A DNA stretch of 64,000 nt from contig OZ360219.1 of assembly GCA_977017645.1 (NCBI GenBank), positions 170,562,001 to 170,626,000 of the forward strand. Reading direction: 5' to 3'. The translations under genes and the position numbers were made by a program. Shown here in pieces: positions 1-11,550 of this stretch (its first letter is position 1; each line of letters begins with the position of its first letter). This stretch comes from Torpedo marmorata. Lineage: Eukaryota. The notes under the pieces were generated by a model. It was not told the origin of the DNA, ran no database searches, and saw nothing but the letters and a program-made list of their open reading frames with translations.

Positions 1-460
1 ATTTTTCAATTTCTGCTGATTTTGCAGAGTGCCTATCTTGTCAGCTTCCCTTAATTTAAATGAACCAATTGGATAGCAGGAGATTGCATTCTGTGCAGGT
101 ATCTGAATAGAATATAAACTCAACAGCAAAGTGAGCACACATTTAAAATATTTCAGTTACAGTAAAAAATTATTAAAAGTTTATCTTTAATGTTGAAACT
201 TGGCACAACACTAATGTCCTTTGAACAGCCAGTGAAAAGGTTTCAGTGCTGTTAAAGCTAATAGATAAAAAAGGCAAATCTTAGTTATCATGTGCAAGTC
301 TCTCTCTTGGAACATTGGAACTATCTGCATGTATAAGTCAAATGGGCACAAAAACAATTAGGCTAAATTATTATCATTACCAAATATTAAAAGTAATATT
401 TTATGTTTCCACTTTTTCTAACATTCATCTTATTTCATTGTAGTACTCAAATCTCAATCT

Positions 461-858
461 ACATCCTAGACCCTGTTGACTCTCTCAAATTTAAATAATA
501 AAATACTGTTGAAAACCTTGCATCGAGCTGTGGACACACCGACGATCTGTACAGATGTTTTAATAAGTAATATTATATTACTTTCTTTTTTCCTTCTTTT
601 CTTTTAGTTTTTAAGGTAGGGGTGGGAATTTAAAGGGAAGGAAAGGGTGGAGGGTGGGATAGAAATATTAAAAGTAATAATTTTAATTTTAATTGTTTGG
701 AAAGTTATAAGGATTTGGGGGGGGTTAAGGGAGGGGATAGATACACTATGTAATACAAATATAATTATGACTTTATCAAAATTAATAATGTATATTACTT
801 ATGTATGTATTACTTAATGAAAATTTAAAATTTACAATAAAATATTCCCCCCAAAAAA
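461..858 (+). mobile_element. 5'-truncated L1-clade LINE 3'UTR insertion
   Basis: T-rich, G-rich, then AT-rich segments, AATAAA and an A tail, the same layout as the L1 3'UTRs at 3780-4136 and 31670-31930. Flanked by a perfect 12-bp duplication aaatctcaatct (449-460 and 859-870). Confidence 0.75.
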
Positions 859-3564
859 AAATCTCAATCTGCCTCCCAAATTTAAGTAGTATTTTACTGA
901 TCTGTTTCTGTAGTACTTCATCACACTACAATTATTTTGTTGGAACTTGATCAGGAAAGGAGAGAAATAATCTGCAATACAAATGGGACAGATAGTGGTT
1001 TGGGACAAATTATATTGTTCTTGCGCTCAGCAACTTTCAGCATAGAATCTAATCCTCACACTATTGTAGATCGGCTGAGTTCTGAAACGTCAAGTGATTA
1101 TTGAAAAAATACTTTTTTTTGCACTAAATTCAATTGTGAATATTGATTTACCTATTTTTTATATTTATTATCTTGTTTTCAGTCTTGGCATATTGTGGTA
1201 ATTTAACTTATACTATTGTAGTTGGTATATCTACATATTTTGTGGCTGTTGCTAGTTCGAATTTTGGTGCAGTTGTACATTGTGCTTATGTGTATGGCAA
1301 TACACTTTTACCATTGTCATCATCTTAATTGTGCTTCAATCTCTTGGGTTTCATAATGATGGCCCACATAATTTATTATCAAACTTGTTTAAAAAAAAAC
1401 AAAAGCTGTGATTTTAATTCAAGTCACAACATCAGTATCAACTATCACCTTACATAGCAGAGTGCTAAATTTTGTCTCATGATGGTATTATTTTAATCCA
1501 AGATGTTGTTCTGTTTCCACATCACTTGCATTGGATATTGATTGCATTATTTTTTAGAAACAGTTCAAACCAAATGAAACTTAAAGGTTAAAAACCTGGA
1601 CATTCATCTTAACTGGCTCTGGAAGTTCTCTGTGACTGATTGATGTCTCTTCTCTAATGGCACAGATTTTTATCACAAATTGGAAGCAGATCTGCTTTTC
1701 TTCAAAAGTGGTTTCTATCAATGGTTTCATTCCATGCTATATATATGCACCATTTCAAAAGTGAAATCTAATGTATTAGTAAGATAAAATGTAAATAAAG
1801 TCAGTATATATAAAACAAAAAAATCTGCTGCTTCAAATTATTTTATGCATTTTAGATTTTATTGTCATAATTAAACTTCCTAAAAATTCTTAGTAAATTG
1901 GACACCATCCAAAGAGAAAGAAAGTTAGCAATACAGATGGATGCCTTTCCACTTGAATGATTTTCAGTGTGATAGTCCAGCAGCCTTTGCTTTTATTTTA
2001 GATGTTAGCATCCACAGAACTTTGCTCTTACATTATATTTGTTTACAAATTCTAGGTTGAATAATTATAAATAAGAGGCAAATATATTGCCTTCCACCAT
2101 CGGGAGCAATTTTGGAATTTACTCTGGGCTCAGATGCTGCTTCTTCCTCTTTGATAACAAATACTTTGGAAGTCATATTTCTGGTGGACACAAACTTACA
2201 GCAAAACTATTTATAAATCTGCATTAATTGGCATAAGTTCAGCATATTTACTAAAGGAGGTCAAAAGTAAGGCTAGAATGGAAATTGGAAAATATGCATC
2301 AGTGCATGAGAATGTACTTATATTAAACATTTCCCTGCAGCTAGTCTGTATTATTTCTACCTGTTACTGTGCAGGAATGTGCCTAAATGCACCAGATCAC
2401 CCAACAAATCTCTTGGTATTATCAACACTGCAAATTTAACTTCAACATTTGTTGCTGGAAAAAATGGTCACTGCTTTAACTGATTGATTTGGTCACTAAA
2501 ATATACTTTAATCATTCCAAAATCAAAATGGCTTAAACAAAAAAAAAAAAAAAAAAAAAATCATCATGCTGCATGCCTGGTTACCCTTTGCTTCAGGCAA
2601 ACATTTCCATTAAGCTGCTTGGAAGTTGATGCACATAATTATCTGTAATATATTTTTAAACTTCAGCATAAACTTTTTTTCTAATATATCACATTGCTTT
2701 ATCTGTACCTTCTTTTGTACTTCAGTGGTTGATATTCCACTTAGTTTTATACTACTTGTGAAGAGAAACAAATTAAGCAGATTAGAAGGGGAAAAATGAA
2801 TCAGAATACAACACAATCTAAAACATTCCTCTCCTATAAATAGCCTTTCTAAAGGTCAACTCCACCCTGCTCATAATTGCAGATAAGATATTTATAATTA
2901 TGAGTAGACTCAAATGTCGCTTGTCTGGTTTCTAGTTGTGCCTAAATACAATGAAGAAAAGCAGGTTCCATTAGGTTTATGGGAATACAAAATATACTTT
3001 TGAATTCCTCCCCAGTTCCTATAGAAAAATATGATTTCTTAAATTGTTTTCAAAAGAGTTCATTTAAATATTTTTCTCTAAACTTCTTCACTAAGTAACC
3101 TGGTAAGAATTGTTCATGCGTTGTCCTGGACAATCAGTTTTGATAATTATTCACCAATATAGTCCATGAGACTCATTGCATCCTGTCCACATTTAATAAT
3201 CATTCACAAGCACAAAATACTATCAAGTTTGTGACCATGATTAGTAACATAGGCAATTTTTTTTTTAATTTGCTAGCTCAAATTTTGAAATCCACTGTGA
3301 ATCTTCAACCAATTAAAAAGGATAATCCAACAAACCCTATTGAACAACACTCAAGAAAACATAGTAACCCAAAGTTGAGTAGAAGATCCTTCTGACATAA
3401 TGTTTATTCTTGGTCTGTTAACCATGATGGATTTACCCATTAGGCTATTCGATAAAAACTGATTTTTTTTAAAGCATAGTGGAGTCATTGTAATTGCTAA
3501 TTTGACGATTAAAGGATTATTGGTTACCAATCTAAAATTACAGCACCATTGAAAGCATACTTGC

Positions 3565-4136
3565 CTCAGGAGAAAGTTTTAGCCTTTTCCACATTGATAG
3601 CCAGACGAGCAATTTTATTGAAATGGAAAGATGATTCCTCACCGATACATAGACAGTGGTTACAGGATTTAATGTCTTATCTGAGCTTGGAGAAAATTAG
3701 ATATAATATTAAAGATAGAAAGCTTCAATTTCTAAAGATATGGGGCCCATTTATAGATTGTAAGAATTATTAAACATGAATGTTCCGAGGATTCTCTGTC
3801 CGAGATCTGGAGATCGCTATCTGATCCATTTTCTCTTTTCTCTTTGTTATAAAGGTAACCTTTTATAGAGGGAGGGGTTAGATTAGAATTAGCTTTTAGA
3901 ATTTATATTTTTTGGAATTTTTAAAAAATATTTTACATTTTAGTCAATAATTTGGAATATGAGTTCTAACATGGATTTATAACATATTCATAACTTGTTC
4001 TATATTTAAACTTGGGAACTGATTAATGTAGTTTCATTTGCTTGTTATTCCTTTGAATTTGTATGATTATATGTTTTCATTTTTTTTTTCTTGTTTATTT
4101 GTTTATATGTTAAACTCAATAAAATATTTTAAAAAT
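3565..4136 (+). mobile_element. L1-clade LINE 3' fragment (ORF2 C-terminus + 3'UTR), nested in a Rex1/Babar fragment
   Basis: ORF 3549-3773 encodes ARRAILLKWK...LEKIRY...FLKIWGPF, typical of fish L1 ORF2 ends. A 3'UTR with AATAAA follows. Degenerate TSD aaagcatacttgc (3552-3564) / aaacatatttgc (4137-4148). Confidence 0.8.
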
Positions 4137-4586
4137 AAACATATTTGCTGGATGCATCACAGAGGGTATAAAAGGTGCACTGTTCAAGATCAGAAGAAGT
4201 TGTGGGAGGTGGTGAATGTAACTTGGGACATCACGCAGACTTCCTTGTCATGTGTGGACTCCATTTTCATCTCTCACTGCCGAGGAAAGGCATCCAACAC
4301 AGTGAAGGACCCTTCACACCCTGGACACACTCTCTTCTTCCTCCTCCCATCAGGGAAAAGACTCAAGAGTGTGAAATCACTCACCATCAGGCTTAAAGAC
4401 AGTTTCTTCCCCACATCCATCAGACTCCTGAATGAACCCCACAATAGTGTTCTCATGCTGCTCTGACTTTGTACAAATTGATCATTTTTTTTTCAATTGC
4501 AACTCTATACTCTTTAATTGTGTCCATGCCCTTCTACATAAAAGGACTATATGTATGTTTGAGGTGTCCTGTGGGACTGCTCGCAG
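4137..4586 (+). mobile_element. Rex1/Babar-clade LINE 3' fragment
   Basis: Translates to VKDPSHPGHTLFFLLPSGKRLKS...RLKDSFFPTSIRLLN, homologous to the Rex1-type C-termini at 24376-25233 and 25555-26283. Its upstream part (TIESIL, about 3545-3564) lies on the other side of the L1 insertion. Confidence 0.8.
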
Positions 4587-4599
4587 AACCCTACTTACT

Positions 4600-5510
4600 A
4601 TAAAAAACACAAATGCTGGAGAAACTCAGCAGGTCAAACAGTGTCTTTTATGTAGCAAAGGTAGAAATACATAACCGACGTTTCGGGCTTGAGCCCTTCA
4701 TCAAAGTATGAGAAAATGCTGGCAGGCGTCTGAACAAAAGAGTGAGGGGGGAAGGGGGGGGTGGCGAAGGCAGGAGATGATAGGTGGAGAAAGGAGGGAG
4801 GGGACAGCAGCAAAGAGGGGGAGGAGGGATGGCTGGGTGGGTGGAAAAGAAACAGGATGGACAGGTGATGGGGGAGGGGAAGGAAACGACAAGCAGGTTT
4901 AGTGGAAAGCAGAAAAGTCAATGTTAATGCCATCTGGCTGGAGAGTGCTCAGACGGAAAATGAGATGTTGTTCCTCCAATTTGCGGGTAGTCTGGGTGGG
5001 ATAGTACATAAGGCCATGGACAGATATGTGAGTGTGACCTGGAATTGAAATGGTTGGCTTCTGGGAGGTTGCTGTTGTTGCGGACGGAGAGGAGGTGCTC
5101 AGCAAAGCGAACTCCCAATCTATGACCGGTCTCTCCGATGTAGAGAAAGCCACAAAGGGAGCACCGGATGCAGTAAATAAGTTCTCTGGATATACAAGTG
5201 AAGTGTAGTTTCACTTGGAAGGCCTGTTTGGGGCCCTGGACCGTGGTGAGTGGGGAGGTGTGGGCGCAGGTGTTGCACCTCCTGCGGGCACAGGGGAAGG
5301 TGCCGAGGGTGCGATGGGTGGGGAGGGATGAGTGCACGAGGGAATCGCGGAGGGAGCGGTCCCTACGGAAGGCCGAGAGGGGAGGAGAACGAAAAATGTG
5401 TCTGGTGGTGGGATCCTGTAGTAAGTGCCGGACATTCCGGCGGATAATGTGTTGGATGCAGAGGCTGGTGGGGTGGTAGGTGAGGATGCGGGGGATTCTA
5501 TGTTTGTTGC
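4600..5510 (-). mobile_element. Penelope-like retroelement, 5'-truncated, with GIY-YIG endonuclease and 3' terminal region
   Basis: Minus-strand ORFs give CARRRCNTC...LIYCIRCSLCGFLYIGETG.RL..RFAEH...NHFNS...LEEQHLIFRLSTLQPDGINIDF (Cys-rich linker + GIY-YIG, frameshifted). Flanked by a 13-bp duplication aaccctacttact (4587-4599 and 5522-5534). Confidence 0.92.
4670..4710 (-). ncRNA. Minimal hammerhead ribozyme-like motif in the Penelope 3' end
   Basis: Minus strand reads CAUACU-UUGAUGA-A-GGGC UCAA GCCC-GAAA-CGUC-GGUUAUG: stem I, core variant, stem II, GAAA and a GUC cleavage triplet. Penelope-like elements are known to carry minimal hammerheads. Confidence 0.72.
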
Positions 5511-5807
5511 ACCCTTACCCTAACCCTACTTACTGTACCAGCTATAATGTGACAAATAATCTGAAACAATTTATACTTGAAATAAAAAAAAGCACAAATT
5601 ACCATTCTTTACGACTATTTCGTTTTGTGACAGTGTTTCATGGTAATATCCAAATCAAAGAATAGAAATGCAAAAACAAGTCTAACACTACCACTACCAT
5701 GGATCAGGATTTTAGAAATGGTAGAATTGTCTGTATTATTGTCTTTGCCATTAAGAATCCAAATGTGCATTCAAGAAAAAAATAGAAGGACCCTAACATT
5801 TTTCTTT

Positions 5808-6320
5808 TCATAGAACATTACAGCACAGGCCCTTTGGCCCACAATGTTGTACCGACCTATATAAATCTACTCAATTATCAAAACCTTCCCTACCTCACAC
5901 GCATAACCCTCTATATTTCTTGCATTCACGTGCCTGTCCAGGAGTCTTTTAAATGTCCCTATTGTATCAGCCTCCACCACCATCCCCGGCAATGCATTCC
6001 AGGCATCCACTATTCTTTGTGTAAAAAAAATTACCCTTGACCTCTCCCTTAAACTTTCATCCCCTCACCTTACACAGATGTCCTCTGGTATTTCCTACTG
6101 TCGCCCTGGGGGAAAAAAAAAAGTGCTGGCTGTTCATACCATCTATGCCACCTCTCATTCTTCTTTACTCCAAAGAGAAATGTCCTAGTCTGTTAACCTT
6201 TCTTCATAAGACATATTCTCCAATCCAGGCAACAATCCTGGTAAATCTCTTCTGCACCCTCTCCAAAGCTTCCAAATCCTTCCTGTAATGAGGCGACCAG
6301 AACGGAACACAATATGCCAG
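5808..6320 (-). mobile_element. CR1-clade LINE 3' fragment
   Basis: Reverse complement has the CR1 3' end (gggccaaagggcctgtgctgtaatgttctatg) and YCVPFWSPHYRKDLEALERVQKRFTRI coding remnants. Confidence 0.85.
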
Positions 6321-6459
6321 CAACATGAACTTTGCGTTCTGCTTTTGAGGTTACAATATCGAAAACAAAGCTGGATGTGCTTTTAGAAGCTTAAATTGGG
6401 ACTTGGCTGCAATTTGCATATATCAAGACTTAGTTAGGGTTTTGGTGACATCAGGCATG

Positions 6460-6546
6460 GATCTGGGTTCCAGTCCGAAATCTTGACCATTCTTTACTCC
6501 CACTGACGCTGCTCGACCCGCTGAATTCCTCCAGCAGATTGTTTTT
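6460..6546 (+). mobile_element. Penelope-derived 3' terminal remnant
   Basis: gggttccagtccgaaa...gacgctgctcgacccgctgaattcctccagcagattgtttt resembles the ends of the Penelope copies at 4600 and 18840-18920. Confidence 0.55.
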
Positions 6547-6649
6547 ATGCAGCTGGTGTATATGTTGATTAGACTGCATAATAAACTGACCTTTCAGTTT
6601 AAGATCAATTATAACAAGAACACTGCTGTCCACTGTTTATCAATGGCCG

Positions 6650-9600
6650 TAAAGTTGAAATGCGAGTTATATAAAACTCGCCTTACTCAATCTATTTCAA
6701 TCACTCGAAGCTCAGAAGGCCAATGGTGCCGACTCCTCGTTTTAATTAAAATTCTGATTCACTGATAGCGCCGCTTCCACATCCTGCCCAGAGCTGTTCA
6801 TGCATAAGAATGCAAATCGCACCAAACTTTCTTTGATATGCAAATATAGCCACTAATTTTAAATAAATGGTCTTCCAGCCGATTATTAGCTTCGCATTTT
6901 AGTTGCTTCACCCTGCTTATTGATGCCTTTAGTCCGTTTTGTTTTTGGACACATGCTACGTATTAAAAGCTCTAATGATCTTACGCGGTATCTGACGAGG
7001 TGGGTGAAACAACACATGCTGATATTTCAACCTGGCAGTTCTCCCCCCTCTCTTTTCAGTTATTTTCACGCATTCGGTCGCTCTGTCTCGAAAACGATCT
7101 CCTTGCCTTCGCCGGGATTTTTTTTCTGTCTCTGTCATCACTTTCTCGCTGTCACCAAATGCTGTCCCACACCTCTGCTCCCTCCCCTTGCCGCGCAGGC
7201 GCTGCTCATTGCTGCCGCAGCCTCACTGCGTTCCGGTCGTTCCGGCGCAGCGCTCCTCCAGCGCTCAACTTTCGTCCGGCGACTGCATCTCCTCACAGCC
7301 CACGCCGCGCGCCCCCTCGCCGGCTCGCCCTCCCAAAAAAGTCACGGCAGCCACACGCCACTCGCCGCTGCAACAACCTTCCCTTCAAAAGCTGCAACGT
7401 TTCACTGAAATGTCACGGGAGACCCAGCTATCCGTTCGGTTCGAAATCCGAAGGTGCCTTGTTGAAACGTGTTTTGTTTTATATATCTTTATTTCCAATA
7501 CCCGAACCTTGGCTTTGCGGAAGAGGGGCGCACCAAGGAAAATCTTACCCTTTATCACGCTTACAAATAAACTGTTTCTTTAAAATATACTGTACATCCA
7601 TACTAAACTCGCATTCAATCTCGGTCTCTCGTTTCCTCACGCAAACATGAGGGTTTCCTATCTCAGCCCGTATGAAAGACGAATTTTAAAACCACACATC
7701 TCAAAGCTAAAGGGCGACCTTGTTTTATTTTTAAATCGAATATGCAAATACGCATATGCATTCTTCACAAATAACAATCTGCTTTCGAGAAGTCCTTTCA
7801 GATTGAAGATTGTTAACCGAATGCACGCCATGAGATAAAATAGGAAGAGATTTAAAAATGCCACTAATCTGCTGAAAAAGAAAATAACATTGAATTAAAA
7901 TAAATGGAACGGCATAAAAAGGAAGCGGCAAACGTAAAAGGAAGCAAATGAGGGGAGAGATTGATGATGTAGAAAAAAGGAATCTCTGCATTTCCTGACC
8001 GTGCATCAGTTCCTTTTCACTCGTGTAGGTGACGCTACCTCAAATGAGTCAGAAAACTCTCACATTCACCCACACTCGGAGCGGGATGGCACACAAAAGA
8101 GGGAGGGAGCGAGAAATCGGAACTCTGCTCTTAACCTGAATCCACAGCGTGCAGATATAGAAGGGGAACCGGCGGAATTGCAGATCTCCAGCCCGAGGGA
8201 GAGGACATGATTGCATTTACTCTTTTATAGACTCTGATCCTTTTAGAAGCATCGGCATTGGAGCCGGGTTTGCGCAATAACCCAGAGCTACACTCTGAAT
8301 ACAGAAGGCTGAATTATACGGGGAAAGGCAAACCCAACTTCAACTGCAGGAATAGCAATGAACTACTCAGCAGACCAAGACTAATCGAATAACAAGGAAG
8401 GACTTTTTTTTTTCTCCATGTGAAGGATTCAGCACCAGAGAAAGGACTGCGTCAGGGAACTGAGATACAGTTCAGGGTTTGGAATAAGAAAACTTGCTGT
8501 TGTGAAAGTACGGCAGTCAAATCACTTTAATTTGGGAGGTTTTGTTTATTCCACTGCTCGGACGCAATCCAGAAGCTATCCACTAGCATACGCCGTTGGT
8601 TTTAAAGAACCGCATCGTGAAATCAAGATCGCTTTCATTCGGATTTCTGATTTATCAGCCAGGATTTCCCAATCCACATTCAACGCTGTCGAGTATCTGC
8701 ATTTGGACGCATCTTGGCAGCTCACCCACCTTGTACCAATTCTCTGGTTTGAATGCGAATAAGAAAGTAATTAGCTGCCACCTTTATTCTGCGGGACGCT
8801 TTACCCGTCTAATCTTCTTGGACACGGAAAAAGGGGTCGCGTTGGTAATAATCTTACAACCGCCCTTTCAACTTTCTGCCCGGGTTCCAAACCTCTTTCC
8901 GCTATTCAGTTGCTGCCTCTTGAGTCAGCCAGGAACGGCGAAGGGAGAGAGAGAGAGAGAGAGAAGAGTGTGCAGAGAAAAGGAAAGACTGCAATAGCAA
9001 GGTTGGGGCACTCAGAGTGCTGCACGCACAGTTCACAGTAACCACTAGCATGCAGGTAAAGAAGCACCAACTGCGGATGCAGGGCAAACTTGGAACAGCG
9101 TGAATGAAAAGGCACATCCGAAGCACTAACGGATTCAGATAACCAATTTGACTAAATGCTTCTCTTTCCCTGCGTCTGTGTCACGAAAGCAGCAGTCGCT
9201 TGACCGAAATAGAGGGAGCCAATTTAAAGAAAAGGAATGCCAAAGCTAAAGCGGTGTTTCTGTGAGTCCGGATGTCGGTGAGTGTTTCTGCAGATTACTT
9301 TATTGAGTGTTGCCGGACTGTTGAAACGGACAATAGGAGCCGAGATCGGTGCGATTAATCGGTGGAGGGAGAGAGAGGTGGTGGTGGGGGGGGAAATAAT
9401 TGGAGCGATGAGTTTCTGTTTGCCACTGGTGCTTTTGCTGCTCACCGCCGCTGAACTGGTGAGCGCAAAGCAAGCGCTCCGCTATCGGATCACCGAGGAG
9501 GGACCGGCCGACGTGAGGATCGGCAATGTGGCCACCGACCTGGGCATCGTGGCGGGCTCAGAGGTTACTTTCAGCCTGGAGTCGGGCTCAGAGTACTTCA

Positions 9601-11550
9601 AGATCGACAACATCACGGGTGAGCTGAGCACCACCGGCCGGCGCATCGACCGCGAGAAGCTGCCGCAGTGCCAGCGCATCTTCGACGCTAACGAGTGCTT
9701 CATCGACTTCGAGGTGTCGGTGATCGGGCCGGCGCAAAGCTGGGTCGACCTCCACGACGGCCAGGTGGTGGTGGAAGACATCAACGACAACGCTCCTGCC
9801 TTTCCTTCGCCTGTCCTCACGTTGACTGTGGAGGAGAACCGGCCGGTGGGGACTCTCTACCTGCTGCCCACCGCCACCGACCGCGACTTCGGCACGAATG
9901 GAATCGAGCGCTACGAACTGCTGCTGCTGCAAGAGGAAAGCGGCCAGGCAGCCAGGAGGGGGCTGGAGCCGGCGCAGGGGAGCAGCAGCAAGGAGCCGGC
10001 GCCTGGTGTCGGTGGGGGCAGCGACGACCCGGGGCAAGGCGGCAGCAGCAGCAGCGTGTTTGAGCTTCAAGTTGCCGATACCCCGGACGGGGGCAAACAA
10101 CCTCAGCTGATCGTCAAGGGAGCTCTGGACCGTGAGCTGCGCGATTCCTACGAGCTGAGGCTGCGGGCGAGCGACGGTGGGCGCCCCCCTCGCTCCTCCA
10201 GCGCCTTGCTGAGGGTGCTCATTTCGGACGTGAACGACAACACCCCCCGCTTCGAGCGCCAGCTCTACGAGGCCAGGCTGGCCGAGAACAGCCCGGCCGG
10301 AAGCCGCATCTTGCAGCTGCGAGCCGGCGACCCGGACACCGGGGTGAACGGTCAGGTGGAGTACGCTTTCGGCGGGGCGAGCGAAGCGGCCAGGCGCTTG
10401 CTGCGCTTGGACGAGAACAGCGGCTGGCTCAGCGTGCTGCGCCGCATCGACCGCGAGGAGGTCAGCCAACTCCGCTTCGGGGTGCTGGCCCGCGACCGGG
10501 GCCAGCCCCCTCGCACCGACAGAGCCACCGTGCTGCTGGCCATCGGCGACCAGAATGACAACGCGCCCCTCGTCGACATCCGCAAAATCGGGCGCATCGT
10601 GGTGCGCGACGGCGCCGCCAGCGTGGCCGAGGACGTGCTGGTGGACACGCCGGTGGCTCTGGTGCAAGTGTCGGACCGCGACCAGGGCGAGAACGGCGCC
10701 GTGACCTGCACGGTGGTGGGCGACGTGCCTTTCCAGCTGCGGCCGGCCAGCGAGGCGGACACCGAGCAGCAACAGCAGCAGCAGGCGAGGAAGAAGAAGT
10801 ACTTCCTGCACACCTCGTCGCCGCTGGACTACGAGACGGTGAGGGAGTACTCGGTGGTGATCGTGGCCGTGGACTCGGGCAGCCCCAGCCTGTCCAGTAA
10901 CAACTCGCTGCTGGTCAGAGTGGCCGATGTCAACGACAACCCTCCCATTTTCCCGCGGGCCGTCTACCGGCTGGCCATCCCCGAGAACAACTCGCCCGGC
11001 GACCTGGTCGCCGCCGTGGTGGCCACCGACGCCGACGACGGCAGGAATGCCGAACTGAGTTACTCGCTGGACGCGGCGGCCGCCGGCGTCTTCTCCATCG
11101 ACCCGGTGAAGGGGGCCGTTCGCGCCAACGCCGTGCTCGACCGCGAGCAGACGGAGCAATACGAGTTCCGCGTGGTGGCCCGGGACCGCGGCACCCCCTC
11201 CCTGCAGGGCAGTGCCACCGTGATGGTCCAGGTGCAGGACACCAACGACAACGAGCCCCGCTTCATGCAGGACCTCTTCACCTTCTACGTCAAAGAAAAC
11301 ATGCCGCCCAACAGCCCGGTCGGCATGGTCACCGTGATGGACGCCGACCAGGGCAAGAACGCCGAGATGAGTCTCTTCATCGAGGAGGACAACAACGTGT
11401 TCTCCATAGACAACAACACTGGCACCATCTACTCCACCGTCTCCTTCGACCGGGAGCAGCAGACCGCCTACTCTTTCAAAGTGAAGGCCGTGGACGGAGG
11501 CGAGCCCCCTAAGTCTTCCACGGCTCTGATCTCCCTGTATGTCATGGACG
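6650..11550. promoter_or_regulatory. CpG-rich, TE-free promoter/5' leader and CpG island of PCDH7, extending into exon 1
   Basis: CpG dinucleotides are visibly retained from about 6.6 kb to 11.5 kb compared with CpG-depleted flanks. GC-rich core at 7050-7450. AP-1-like tgagtca at about 8045 and 8921. No recognisable repeats. Confidence 0.7.
8943..8963 (+). repeat. (GA)n microsatellite in the PCDH7 leader
   Basis: gggagagagagagagagagag. Confidence 0.85.

Noticed and set aside
6920-7650. Three overlapping 130-216 aa ORFs upstream of PCDH7
   Set aside because: Stop-poor GC-rich promoter DNA with no protein-like features.
9282-9407. 42-aa N-terminal extension of the PCDH7 ORF from a GTG
   Set aside because: Non-ATG start. 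The ATG at 9408 has good context and directly precedes the signal peptide.
9588-11159. 523-aa antisense ORF and other ORFs overlapping PCDH7
   Set aside because: Expected shadow of extreme GC3 bias. It is confined to the GC-rich part of the exon and has no recognisable domain.
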